A stretch of 57,270 nucleotides of DNA, the filler included, from Basidioascus undulatus (Eukaryota), in the NCBI GenBank assembly GCA_000826855.1. It is 6 parts of 6 records of this genome, joined end to end, with 100 filler letters (N's around TTAATTAATTAA, not from the genome) between each part and the next. Parts side by side here need not be neighbours in the genome. Positions count along the whole stretch, not along the records: positions 1 to 9,488 come from JTLS01001251.1; positions 9,589 to 19,074 come from JTLS01001252.1; 4 more parts are not named here. The stretch is one strand, 5' to 3'. This document shows, piece after piece, positions 1-10,766 of the stretch. Both the position numbers and the translations under genes were made by a program. Below the pieces are notes generated by a model. It did not search any database, was not told the origin of the DNA, and saw nothing but the letters and a program-made list of their open reading frames with translations. Position 1 is the first letter of the stretch; every line of letters starts with the position of its first letter.

Positions 1-464
1 GTGAGCTTCTGGGACACAGTCGAAGGTTGTACCACAGGCCGTTTCTCTCTACAGCCCTACAGTCAGTCTTTCTCGTTATCCTTCTCCTTCTTCTTATCAA
101 GAATGTTTTAACGCACATGCGGCGGCGGCGCCTCGACCCACTCATCGTCCTCCTCCTCCTTATCCACCCAGATCTCATGCTCCGCCTCATCATCATCGAC
201 GACCGTCATCCCGTCCGGGCCGGCCTTGCGCTTCCCGCGCTTACGCACCCGCCGCTCGTCCCTGCTCTCGCGGTCGCGGTCCCGGTCGCGCGAACGGTCG
301 CGCTTGCGGTGGTGGTGGCGCTCGCGGTCCCGGTCAGGAGAGCGATCGCGGTCGCGGTGTCGGCGCGAGGAAGAGGAGTCCTTGTCGCTGCGTCGCGGGG
401 GCGAGCGGGAGCGGGAGCGGTGGCGGTACCGGGACGAGGAGGAGGCTGCGGTAGTGTCGCCCAT
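1..464 (-). CDS. 5' part of an RS/RD-rich spliceosomal protein, probably CWF19-like 2 (Cwf19/CWF19L2); runs off the contig start
   Basis: ATG at 464, MGDTTAASSSSRYRHRSRSRSPP...RDRDR...EEEDDEWVEAPPP. The DEWVEA motif after a basic/acidic low-complexity N-terminus recalls CWF19L2. A GTGCGT intron donor lies at ~116. The diagnostic CwfJ domains are outside the window. Confidence 0.5.
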
Positions 465-808
465 CCTGTGTGTGCGTGTGTGCGTGTTGAATCGAGGGAA
501 GTGTGTGAGATGATGGTTGTGTGAAGGAGGAGGATGGGAAGGTGACCTCATTATTCGGCGTTTACTCTTCAGCTTCGCCGGTCACTGCATTTCATCTCAC
601 GGTAGCCTTAGTTAAGAGTCGCGGCCCGCGCACTCGCGATGCTCAGGAGCTGCCTTCCACCGACTGCACGCATACATCCCATCTGGCTCATTTCATCGTA
701 TATCACGCTCTAACCCAATCACAACAACCCAGAAAGCTCACAGTCCCACTCTCTTTCGCGCAGCTCCCTCCTCTCCGCCCTCTCACACGCCCCTCCATCC
801 ACCCCAGC

Positions 809-2024
809 ATGGCCGGAACCGCTTGCGCCCCTGCCTTCGCGCCCTTCTTCGGCTTCGTCCGTCCCTCCTCACCCCCTCCACCCAGCCTATCCACTTCTCT
901 GACCTTCCCCCACCCATCTCCAGGCCGGCGTCGCCTCCGCCATGGTCCTCAGCACCATCGGCGCCGCGTACGGCACGTCCAAAGCGGGCGTCGGTATCGC
1001 TGGTCTGGCCCAGTTCCGGTGCGTCCGGAGAACAGAGGGAGCTGTGGATGGAAAGGAGGTAACTTACGTGATTGGGGTGGGGTTGGGACGGAAGACCGGA
1101 ACTGGTGATGAAGGTGTGCTCAGCCTCCGTCTCCCCCCGCACACTGCGAGAGCTCACGTTTTCCTCCTGGCAGTCTCTCATCCCCGTCGTCATGTCCGGT
1201 ATCATTGCAGTGTACGGTCTAGTCGGTGCGCCTCCCCCTCATTCCCTCTTCCTCCCTCATCCCTTCTCCTCCCTCTCCTCCCCTCCTCTCCCTTTCCCTG
1301 CTCCCCCTAACCTCCTCCCCTCCCGCCTCCCCCTGCCTATCCCCCACAGTATCCGTCCTCATCGCCGGCGGTATGTCACCCGGGAACACCTACTCGCTCT
1401 ACGCGGGGGCAATCCACCTCGCCGCGGGGCTGTCGTGTGGGTTTGCCGGGCTTGCGGCGGGGTACGCGATCGGCGTGGCGGGCGACTCCTTTGTCCGCGC
1501 GTACATGTACGAGAGCAGGATGTGCGTCGCTCCTTCTTCCTTCCTCTTTCCGCTTCTCTCTTCCGTCTTTCCCTTCCCTCTGCCATTCATCTGACGCTGT
1601 GGGCGGATGAACGCAGTTTCGTCACTATGGGTACACATGCGCTCCTCCCGGCAGAGTCGAGCTCGCGTGACTGATTCAAACCCGAATGACAGTCTTGTGT
1701 CTCATCTTTTGCGAAGTCCTCGGTCTGTACGGGCTGATCGGTACGTACTCCGCGTTCCTGGGTCACTCTTGCGTCCTGCGGGGCTCACCCTCCGTCATCT
1801 GCCCTCTCCGCAGTGTACGTGTCCCGCTTTATCGTGATCTTGTATCCCAGCGCGAAACAGCCACGGCCACAGCTCACGCTGACCCCATCTCCCCTATACA
1901 GCGCGCTCATCCTCAACACACGCGTCGAGTCCGTCCACTCCCTCTTCCCCCACTCCCTCTTCTTTCTGAACACGGCCTGACTCGTTCCTCCTCCACCCCA
2001 CGCAGCGGAAGCGAGTGCTCTTAG
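809..2024 (+). CDS. VMA11: V-ATPase V0 proteolipid subunit c' (Vma11), multi-exon
   Basis: Spliced product [89 protein letters not shown]...[40 protein letters not shown]. It matches the Vma11 signatures SLIPVVMSG and IFxEVLGLYG, including the essential TM4 Glu. Confidence 0.95.
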
Positions 2025-2959
2025 TGATGCTGCGTTTGGTGGGAAAGGCCGTGGGAGAGTGCGGGCGGGACTGCGAGGATTGTTGGGGGTGGCGGCGTGT
2101 GCATTTAATATATACCTCGTGTGGGACCGCGGCGGTGCTAGACCGTCCTATATGGATGGGCAATGGTCGATGGTGAGGTAGATGGGTAGAGTGGCTGCGA
2201 GCTGGCCATAGGACGGCTCGAGATCGAGGCTCACAAGCCGGACTGTGCGGGCTGTTCGGCGTGTTCAGGGTATCAGAGTACCTGATATGGCAACGTGATG
2301 AAGGGATCGTCATGCGAGTTCAAGCTTGGAAGATCGAAGTTGCCCGCCGCCAGAAGCGAGAAGAGTTTCGCATACATTGAACATCAATCTTAGGGGTCTA
2401 TGGCCCTGTACGTAGGAGGCACACGGCCGAGATTGGCTTTATATTTTCGCAAGATGGTGCCGTGTAGCCCTCACTTGAAGGGTGTAGAATCTCTTGCACA
2501 TATTTGCTGGCGCACGCTCGTACGCTCAATAGCACTCGATAGTTCCGAATGCTACTCTCGGAGTCACATAGTCTACATTTTCTGGTACAGGCTTGGAAGG
2601 AGCGTGTTGGCCCGGGGGAGTTCGAACCCTGTCTACCCACTATGCCTGGCTAGGGTGTGGCTAGGGCACCGCCATCCGTGCCTTAGTCCTATGCTTGCCC
2701 ATGCATTGCCGCAATGCTTGCGTTAGTCCAGTTGCACTGTGTTCTTTCGCCGCCTCGGCCAAGGTGACCTTTTATTGAGGCTTTGCTTCTCTTTCTTTCA
2801 TTGTCCACCTTTGACGATCTCCAAGCTCTTCCCGCACTGCCGGCGTGCCCCTTTGTCTCTTTGTCATCCTGTCGCCTTCATCGCTATTCCCCAACTTGAC
2901 CTCAAAAAGGCTCCTCCCAAACTCTCAACCCCCCTTCCATCGCCTCACGCATAACCGGC

Positions 2960-5788
2960 ATGGTCGGATTCGGATTCTCTCCATTATTCACAGTGCCGCT
3001 CGGGCTGCTGGCCACCCAAGCACTCGCTTCTCCTTTCTCCACCGGTCAACACTCCGCCCCCGCTGAGCGGGCGGCTGGGGATATCTGCACATTCGCTGAG
3101 TACAATGCATCTATTCCGGGGAGGGTGCAGCCAACTGCTGGTCAGGAATTCGTACGTTTGCGTTTATCGTTCGTCTGGACAGACCACTCACTGGCAACTT
3201 GAACAGATTGGCTACGCTACCAATTGGAAGGTATGCTGCCAAACCATCTAACCAGAATCATTTGGTTGAATGGTCCCCTCATGTCGTATTACGCTCCAGG
3301 GCTACAGCCGACCTGGCGGGTACTCGGACGACCTGCTCAGCAAGCTCACTTCTATTCGTTACGCTTTCGCGTGAGTCTGCCTCCACCAGGCCAACTCGGA
3401 TAAGCAGGGCTTCTTTCAGTTGCTACAAATTTTGCATCAACACTTTCCCGCAGCTCCGTATCTCATTCGACCGAGCTCGACAAATACTACGTTCAACCGA
3501 CGGACTTCTACGCCGACTTTCAACGTGGTGCGTCTCAACTGTTTTGCGTGTCATCTGTTTTATTTATGAACATACGTTAGCTGACCTGAAATTTCTTCGC
3601 CATGATGTTGTCCACAGTCAACGGCCTGAACGCCGGCTGCATCCCAATTGTCTGTCTAGCATCTCCCTCGACGTCTCTCGCACTCGGTTCACCACCAGCA
3701 TACACTCACACTGTGCCTGCTGTCTCGCATATCACAGGATAAGGAGAACCTCTGCGACAACGGAGCCATACTCGCTTTCGCTCCTTACGTCGCCGCCCGC
3801 AAGGCGGATGGCTCTTGCCCCACGACGAAACCCACCGGCTGCGAGAACTCGGGCGGCTCGCAGGCTGCGCCGCGGACGTGCTTCCAGAGTCTCGACGTTT
3901 CGTCGGGCTTGAACACTACGTGTGGAGCCACTGTCCCTGGTGAGTCCAGTATATCCTCAAGCGAACCGTTTTAAGGAGTTGTTGCTGAGCGTGGACTTTG
4001 CGTGGTTCACTTTCCAGCGGCGTGCGGGTGGTACGGCTACTTCCGTAAGTATTCGGTTTTTCATGCTCAAGGCATGGTCTCTTTTTAGGGTTGATGTTGA
4101 ACTTCCACAGTGTCGGACGTCCGCAAGAAGTACTCAAACATCTCGATCATCCTCTCCATCGGCGGTTGGTCAGACAGCCAGTACGTGGCTCTTACTGAGA
4201 CTACATGCTCAGATAGATCAGCTTACTGAACTTCCGGTCTCTTGTAACCTTCTCCAGATACTTCACTGAGGTTGCGAAGGACCAGTATCGGAGCGACTTC
4301 GTCGACTCTGTCGTCCATGTAAGGCAGCGCTTCTGCACCACGACGCATGGGAAAGCTAACGCAGTCAAACCCTTCCTCTCCCATTTTTCTTCCCTTCGGG
4401 CATTCCTCTCAGTACATCAACTTCTTTGGCTTTGACGGGGTCGATATCGACTGGGAGTACCCAGGGCAAGCTCACGATGGCCAGGTGGTGAGTATCGCTG
4501 TTTACGCTTCGTCTAGTTTGGTCAGAATCATCTCATGACCATTGCCCCCTGTTTAGCTTCCAGGAGAAAAGTGGCCGAATGCCACATACGACACGGACGT
4601 GTAAGCATTCTCAGAAGTCTCTCTCCCGCTTTCTTCTGCGTCGCGGGAGAACTGAGCTCCCTCCATTGTTCTTCCTTCTTATACAGTATTCACCCGCTCG
4701 ACTCTCGTAAAGCCGACTTCGCCAACTTTGGCCTCCTGCTCAAGGAGCTGCGGGCGAAGCTGTCGGCAGAGAAGAAGATCACGCTCGCGGTTTCGGCAGC
4801 GCCGGAGCAGGCGGAGCAGTATGGCGACGCGGTCTGCCCATACGTCGACGGTATCGCGATCATGACTTACGGTGTGTAAAAGCAATAGCATGGAACTCGA
4901 GATTGAACAGCACAATGGGTGACTGTCGTCTTCTGTCTGATCATGCAGACTTCCACGGTGCTGCAAATGTCAACACCACCACGGGTGCGCACAACAACCT
5001 GTATGAGCAATACAGCGACGGCTTCGAAGGGACGGATGGCGCTGTCAGGTATGTGGGCAGGAATGCTCAAAAGGCGACCGAGCTAGAGTTGAGGAAGCGC
5101 TGACGACATGCCTTTCGGGGACAGCCTCAACTCGTCGGTCTACGGCTACGACGGTCTTCGCGGCTGGCTGAGAGAAGACGCGGGCTGCACGAAGGACAAG
5201 CTCACGCTTGGCGTTGCCTGGTACCCCAAAGGTCAGCAGCCCTTTCGGCTGGTTTTCACATTGGGAGCACTAATCATCCTTCCCCCGTCAATCGCAGTCT
5301 ACGGCCAAGTGACCGAGGGCAACACGCTCGGTTATGCTCAACCGTTCGCCGCCAACGGGACTGCCCCGGCGAACTATTGCTACGGGGACATCGTGCAAGA
5401 CGGCCAGCAGTTCAAGTTCGGACGGATCGAGAGCAACGGGTTTGTTTGCTTTTGCAACCTCATGTGTCGTCCGATCTTGTCTGACAATGTGTCCCCCCCT
5501 CCCCCTTCCCCCTCTATCCACATTCACCAGCAACATGTCATTCCTGTACCACGAAACCAACAAGACCTTTATGTCCTTCGACGACCCGCTGGCTGCGCAG
5601 ACGAAGGCTCAGTGGATAAAAGATAACGGCTTCAACGGTGTAATGATCTGGTGAAATGACCCTCCGCTCATCTCTTTATTTATTTGAACAAACCCAATTA
5701 ACCATCGACCATCTTGCGCTGTGTCGACAGGTCGCTCGAGCAGGACGACACCAAGCTTCGCCTTTCTCGCACTCTGGACGCCGTGTAA
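2960..5788 (+). CDS. Secreted GH18 chitinase, about 16 exons
   Basis: N-terminal signal peptide; IGYATNW, IRYAFA, LSIGGW, catalytic FDGVDIDWEYP (DxxDxDxE), IMTYDFHG, KLTLGVAWY, SFDD...KAQWIKDNGFNGVMIWSLEQD. GT-AG introns join these into a continuous frame ending at TAA 5786-5788. Confidence 0.9.
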
Positions 5789-6335
5789 GCACATTTTATC
5801 CTATCCACACCGAAAAACGCTTTTTCTTGGATCCGCAAACCAAATTATAGCTTACACCACTTCTTTTACACGGCGTTGGCAGTCTCAAGGGCGACTCTGC
5901 TGCGCTTGCCGCCATTCCTCCGCTCGGTTTCGACTTCCAGCCCATTGCTGCCGGAAGCAATGCCAGCGATACGAGCTCGAGTAATGCATCATCCACGGTG
6001 GGCGCTGCTCTTGCGAAGGCGGTCGGAGCGGTAAGTGCCGTAAAGCTCACCAACTGAAGGGCGACACCGCCCGACGTTGTAACTGGATCCGGCGCTCTCG
6101 GGACTCGTGAGAAGCCTGCGCACAGAGACTTTTGTAATACGATGATACCCTTATTCAAGCATGTAGTTTGTAAACGATAACTTGTCTGGACGGCTCGCCC
6201 AAGAGAGAGAACGCGCTTCTTTCACAGCTGTGGCCGAGACGAGCACTCAGACTGCGTTCGAGAACAGAACCTCATATCGAGTGAGAACACAGTTTACAAG
6301 TATCCCAGATAAACGAAATTGATCCAAAGTCCGTT

Positions 6336-7303
6336 TCAGAGCTTGCTCTTCGCCTCAGGTCCCATAGGTCCGTTCCACTCGTACTTCTGCTTCGCACCCT
6401 TCGCCTGACCAAGCCACCACCCCATGTTCTCCAAGCGGTCCGACCCGAAGAATCGTCCCACTTCACCATCCGAGCGCTCCACAACATAGAAGGGGAATCC
6501 AAACGCGCCTTGCTGGACGACCTCCTCTGCGTCCGCCTTGACGCCAGCCTTGTTCTCCTCGGACGCGGAGAGCTTGACGAGCTCGTCCAGCTCGGACTTA
6601 GAGAAGGGCGTCGGGGAGAGAGCGGAGATTTGCTCGGGGCCGATAAGCTGATCCTGCCACAGAGCTGACTGTGGTGGGGATGTTTGGCAAGGCAGCTTGT
6701 CGTACGGAACTGAAAGGCCAGAACTCACGAAAGCCTTGTCCAACGCATCCTCCAGACGGTCCGGGTACTTGTCGCGTACGACGCGCAGGAGTCGCACGAT
6801 GTTGAGCGTGGAAGGAGGGAACTTCTCCACCGGCTTGATCGTCAAGCCATGCTGTTGCGAAATCCGCTCGAGGTCTTCCCACTATAGACAGCGAGTTGGT
6901 CAGGACGCAGTTTGCACAATGGAAGGACAAAGTTCTCGCCACATACCATCCACTTCCCCTTGCTTAAAAAACAGGTTTCAGCAAGACGCTTGTATACAGG
7001 CTAATTGGTAGCTTACTTCGGAATACTGATAGGTGGCTTGTTACCGGCAGCGTTCATCACGCCGCCCAGGAAGATCGGCTTCACGCGAAGGTCTGTCAAA
7101 ACGCTTGCTCAGATGGACCTCTCAGGTCGTCTACCCCCTTGAATGCTCACTGAGGTTCCAAGCCTGCCTGTAACGCCTAAGCGCAACAAAGGCGATGTAG
7201 CTCCACGGAGCTGTGTAATAACGAGTGAGCCTTGTGGCGATGGCCCATCCCAACAGCTTCGCTCACAGACAGGGTCGACGAAGAGCGTTACGCGGGTAGT
7301 CAT
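6336..7303 (-). CDS. Glutathione S-transferase kappa / HCCA isomerase (DsbA family), peroxisomal
   Basis: Spliced DPVSPWSY (catalytic Ser), PIFLGGVMNAAGNKPP, NKGKWM, GAFGFP, FFGSDR; C-terminal -SKL (PTS1). Confidence 0.9.
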
Positions 7304-7562
7304 CTTTGTTCACAGCAAGGTATCGGTGGGTAAAACGAGTGTTCGGATCGAGGCAGTGGAAAGAGTCAAAGGACAACACAGCGAGCATCGCTCAGCTGGC
7401 TCCCGGCTATTGAAGTGCCGGTGCCGAGCAGCCGAAACGTGCTGTGAGTGCCAAACAAGCAAGCGAGCCAAAGCAGCAAGAAGGACAACCCACACATTCA
7501 CGCCCTTGCAGGTGCACCAACGTCACAGGACGCAGTCACACTGCGCGGCCAAATCAACCGAG

Positions 7563-9488
7563 CTACACTCCTTCCAGCGCAGCTTGCATCTTCCCTGCCG
7601 CCGCAGGGCCCAGCGCGCCCCTCAACCACGCCAGTCTCGCTTCAATGTCCGCCTTCTCGAAGCACCCCGGCATCTCACGAAGCTCGCCCTTGGTCTGGCG
7701 GTACCTCGCAAAGTCGCGCACGAGCTCCTTCGACCCGGCGGATAAGACCGCGCCCGCGAGGTCCTTCCTCTTCTTCTCGTCGCTGTCCTCCCCGTCCTCG
7801 TCCCACACCGAGCTCGCGACGTGGTGCAGGGCGAGCCAGTACACGAACGCGTTGGTCTCGCGGCGGACGGAGGAGCGCACGAGCGCGCGCACGTACGCCG
7901 CGAGTACCTGCCTGTCCTGATCGAGGGGCCAGAGGAAGGGCCCGAGCGGGGCGGGGACGTCTACGGGGGTGAGGCGCACGCCGCGGAGAGCTTGTGGGTA
8001 GTCGGTCCAGACGAGGCGGCGGTAGTCGGTGGGGTAGGTGGACGCGAGGGGGAGGAGGAGCAGCTTCGCGAAGAGCGGGTGCGAGAAGGAGATGGCGTCG
8101 AAGAGGCCGGCAAAATCGGTGTAGAACTGGTAGAACGGCGTACCGCTGGGGAGGTACGGCGCTGCGGCTTGCTCGAGCGTTTGCGGCGAGGAGCGAGAGA
8201 CGAAGAAGTCGAGCAGGGCTGACATGTGCGAGGAAATGACGTCGTCCCGGAAGACTTCGCCCTCGTCCGTCGGGACGTCGCCGAGCCCATGCTCGAGCAT
8301 GAAGACCCGCATGAGCTGGAAGAGGACGTCCGCGCTCGAGGGGAGCTGGGCTGGGGAGGTGTTCGACCACACCGCGCGGGCGAGGACGAGCGACGCACGC
8401 ACGAGCTCGAGCTCGGTCGCGTCCCAGTCCGGAGGGAGCGTCTTGAAGGCGGTGGAGGAGCCGGAGTGGAGGAGCTCGCCGAGCGGCGCGGAGAGCGGCC
8501 AGGAGGGGAGGAGCGGGAGGCCGAGCGGCTTGTCGGAGTGGGCGGAGGTGGGCGGGAGGAGAAGGGTGGTTGTGGAGGGGAGAGAGGAGGGGAGCGGGAC
8601 GTAGGGACCGCAGGACGTGTCCGAGGGAGGCAGGATGGCGTGCAGGATGAAGTGCTCGATGGCAGCCGATACCCCGCTTGCCCCCTCGACCGAGACTGCG
8701 GGGCCATTAAGGCTCGCGGCAGTTGCGAGGCGCTCGGGTTCAAGACCGAGCACGCGCTTGGCGATCTTCTGTGCTAGGGCCTCGTCGCCCCGCTGAAGCA
8801 CCACGAGCGCGTCGAGCGCGAGGCGCAGCCCGTCGGGAGTGCTGAGGTCGGCAGTGGATGCAAGTGCGCCGAGTAGCGCGCTGGCGGGACGGAGAAAGGC
8901 GTACTGCCATGGCCGATCAGAAGGCGATGGCGTGGAGAGCACGGGAAGGAGTGCATTCGCGGCGTGTACGACAGCGGCAGAGACGGGAGCGGTCGAGGGG
9001 TCGGCCGATAGCGAGGTGGTGAGCCGAACGGCGGAAAGGAGGAGAGCCGACGCGCGACCGATCGTCTTGACGCTGTCGAGCGGAAGCGGCGCCGGGGCAG
9101 CCGCGAGCTCGACGATCCGCTTGGCCGCGCGCTGAGAGACCTCCTCCATGCCCTCCCTGCCCGGGCGCAGCGCCTCCTGCAGAAGCGCGCGCTCGCTCTC
9201 TCCCCCCCTGGGCGCGTTGATCCTGCAGCCTTCGGCCCACGCCGCAAAGTAACCCCACACGGCTGCTCTCAGCCCGTCCTTCGCCTCCTCCCCCTCGGCC
9301 CCCATGGCGGGCAAGACGCCGAGCGCGATCTCGTGCCACGCCTCGATCTGGGACCAAACGATCTCGTGCTCCGGCGTGGTGTTGTGCGGGTCGACCGCGC
9401 AAGTCGTCCATGTGCCGAGGAGGGCGAAGAAGGCCTGGCCGAACGCGCGCTCGGGAGCGGACCAGGTCGAGAGGGAAGACAGGTGTTT
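7563..9488 (-). CDS. RNA polymerase II-associated protein 1 (RPAP1/Rba50)-like, C-terminal part; 5' end lost at the gap
   Basis: Long open frame with FYQFYTDFAGLFDAISFSHPLFAKLLLLPL...DYRRLVW, which I recognise from the RPAP1 C-terminal region of fungal orthologs. Confidence 0.72.
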   Translation of the reverse strand, partial: KHLSSLSTWSAPERAFGQAFFALLGTWTTCAVDPHNTTPEHEIVWSQIEAWHEIALGVLPAMGAEGEEAKDGLRAAVWGYFAAWAEGCRINAPRGGESERALLQEALRPGREGMEEVSQRAAKRIVELAAAPAPLPLDSVKTIGRASALLLSAVRLTTSLSADPSTAPVSAAVVHAANALLPVLSTPSPSDRPWQYAFLRPASALLGALASTADLSTPDGLRLALDALVVLQRGDEALAQKIAKRVLGLEPERLATAASLNGPAVSVEGASGVSAAIEHFILHAILPPSDTSCGPYVPLPSSLPSTTTLLLPPTSAHSDKPLGLPLLPSWPLSAPLGELLHSGSSTAFKTLPPDWDATELELVRASLVLARAVWSNTSPAQLPSSADVLFQLMRVFMLEHGLGDVPTDEGEVFRDDVISSHMSALLDFFVSRSSPQTLEQAAAPYLPSGTPFYQFYTDFAGLFDAISFSHPLFAKLLLLPLASTYPTDYRRLVWTDYPQALRGVRLTPVDVPAPLGPFLWPLDQDRQVLAAYVRALVRSSVRRETNAFVYWLALHHVASSVWDEDGEDSDEKKRKDLAGAVLSAGSKELVRDFARYRQTKGELREMPGCFEKADIEARLAWLRGALGPAAAGKMQAALEGV

Positions 9489-9588
9489 NNNNNNNNNNNN
9501 NNNNNNNNNNNNNNNNNNNNNNNNNNNNNNNNTTAATTAATTAANNNNNNNNNNNNNNNNNNNNNNNNNNNNNNNNNNNNNNNNNNNN
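9489..9588. other. Artificial contig spacer (N-run with TTAATTAATTAA six-frame stop linker)
   Basis: 100 nt, same structure as the other four spacers. Confidence 0.98.
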
Positions 9589-9644
9589 TCTCCAACCACC
9601 CATCCTTCGCGGCAGGAAGACTGAATGGAGCATGAGGGCGTTAG

Positions 9645-10403
9645 GCTGCAGGTCAACCGCGATATGCGCGAGTCGGACCATGGGCGGTACACGGAGATCA
9701 TGAACGAGAAGGAGGTGGTCCAAACAACTGCGTGCGTGGGACGTCTCTAGGCCGAGGTCCCTCTCGCGAAGCTGATGAGTGGTGTTCTGGGAGAGCAGCA
9801 AAGAGCCCCTCGCCGTCGTGCACTTCTACCACCGCGACTTCAAGCGGTGCGAGATCATGCACCGGCATCTCGAAGTGCGCCTTGCGTCCTTTCTTCCCCC
9901 ATCTCATCCTACCATCTTCACGCACTGCGCATTCATTCACACATGCATCCCTCGGCAGACCCTCGCCCCACGGCACTTCCGCACGCGCTTCATCAAAGTG
10001 TTTGTGGAGAACGCGCCGTGGCTGGTGGAGAAGCTGGGGATCAAGGTTTTGCCTTGCGTGATCTGCTTCATTGGGGGCTATGCGAAGGATCGGTACGCAC
10101 TCGGCCCGCTCACTGTAAGGACCAAGGCTGACGAGAGCGACGTTGGGCGCAGGATAATCGGGTTTGAGGACCTGGGGAACAGCGATGCGTTCGGGACGGA
10201 GGTGCTCGAATGGCGGTTAATACAGGCTGGCCCGTCCTTCCTCCCTAACTCGTGCGATGCAAGCACTAACGTTACGGTGGGGTACAGGTGCGATCGAGAA
10301 GCCCAACGCTTCAGGACCGAGCTCGATCCTCGGCTTCCCCTCTGCCAAGTCGAGTGGGTCGCGGATACGGGACGGGGACGTGGATTCTGATATGGACGAT
10401 TGA
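9645..10403 (+). CDS. Phosducin-like / thioredoxin-domain protein TXNDC9 (Plp1-type); 5' truncated
   Basis: HGRYTEIMNEKEVV, VVHFYHRDFKRCEIMHRHLE, APWLVEKLGIKVLPCVICF, IIGFEDLGNSDAF, LEWRL; acidic tail ending at TGA 10401-10403. Confidence 0.87.
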
Positions 10404-10766
10404 TCCTTTGCGCATTTGCGCGCGTGTCTTCACCCGTATGCGCCGCTCCGTCAAAGCGAATCAGGCGCGGGAGCAAGCCACTATGAACTGTTTGTCTTTC
10501 GTCGGATGTGCACAGCCAACGACTGCATGACGCGCAGGGCCGCACGAGCATGCGCAAGGCGGTGCTATCGCGCTGATTGAGGCTCTCCTCACGGGCGGCG
10601 CTGGTATGGGCCAACCTCGCCGACATCTATGGACAAAGCCAGCCTAAGCCATCAGACAAGCCAACCAGTCTGCAATTTGTGCTGCGATGCGTATAAATGC
10701 TGGTATGCTGGTGGTGGTACAAGATAGCTAGCCCAATGCAAAACACCTCATGCGCGCGTACACCCT

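Noticed and set aside
108..464. CGGTCG/CGGTCC short tandem repeats
   Set aside because: Explained by RD/RS dipeptide coding in the splicing-factor gene.
2600..2650. tRNA-like T-loop (GTTCGAAC) on both strands
   Set aside because: No proper T-stem, acceptor stem or D/anticodon arms could be folded.
9533..9544. Recurring TTAATTAATTAA as a biological repeat, TSD or CRISPR-like repeat
   Set aside because: Always centred in a 100-nt N-run; it is a synthetic six-frame-stop linker.
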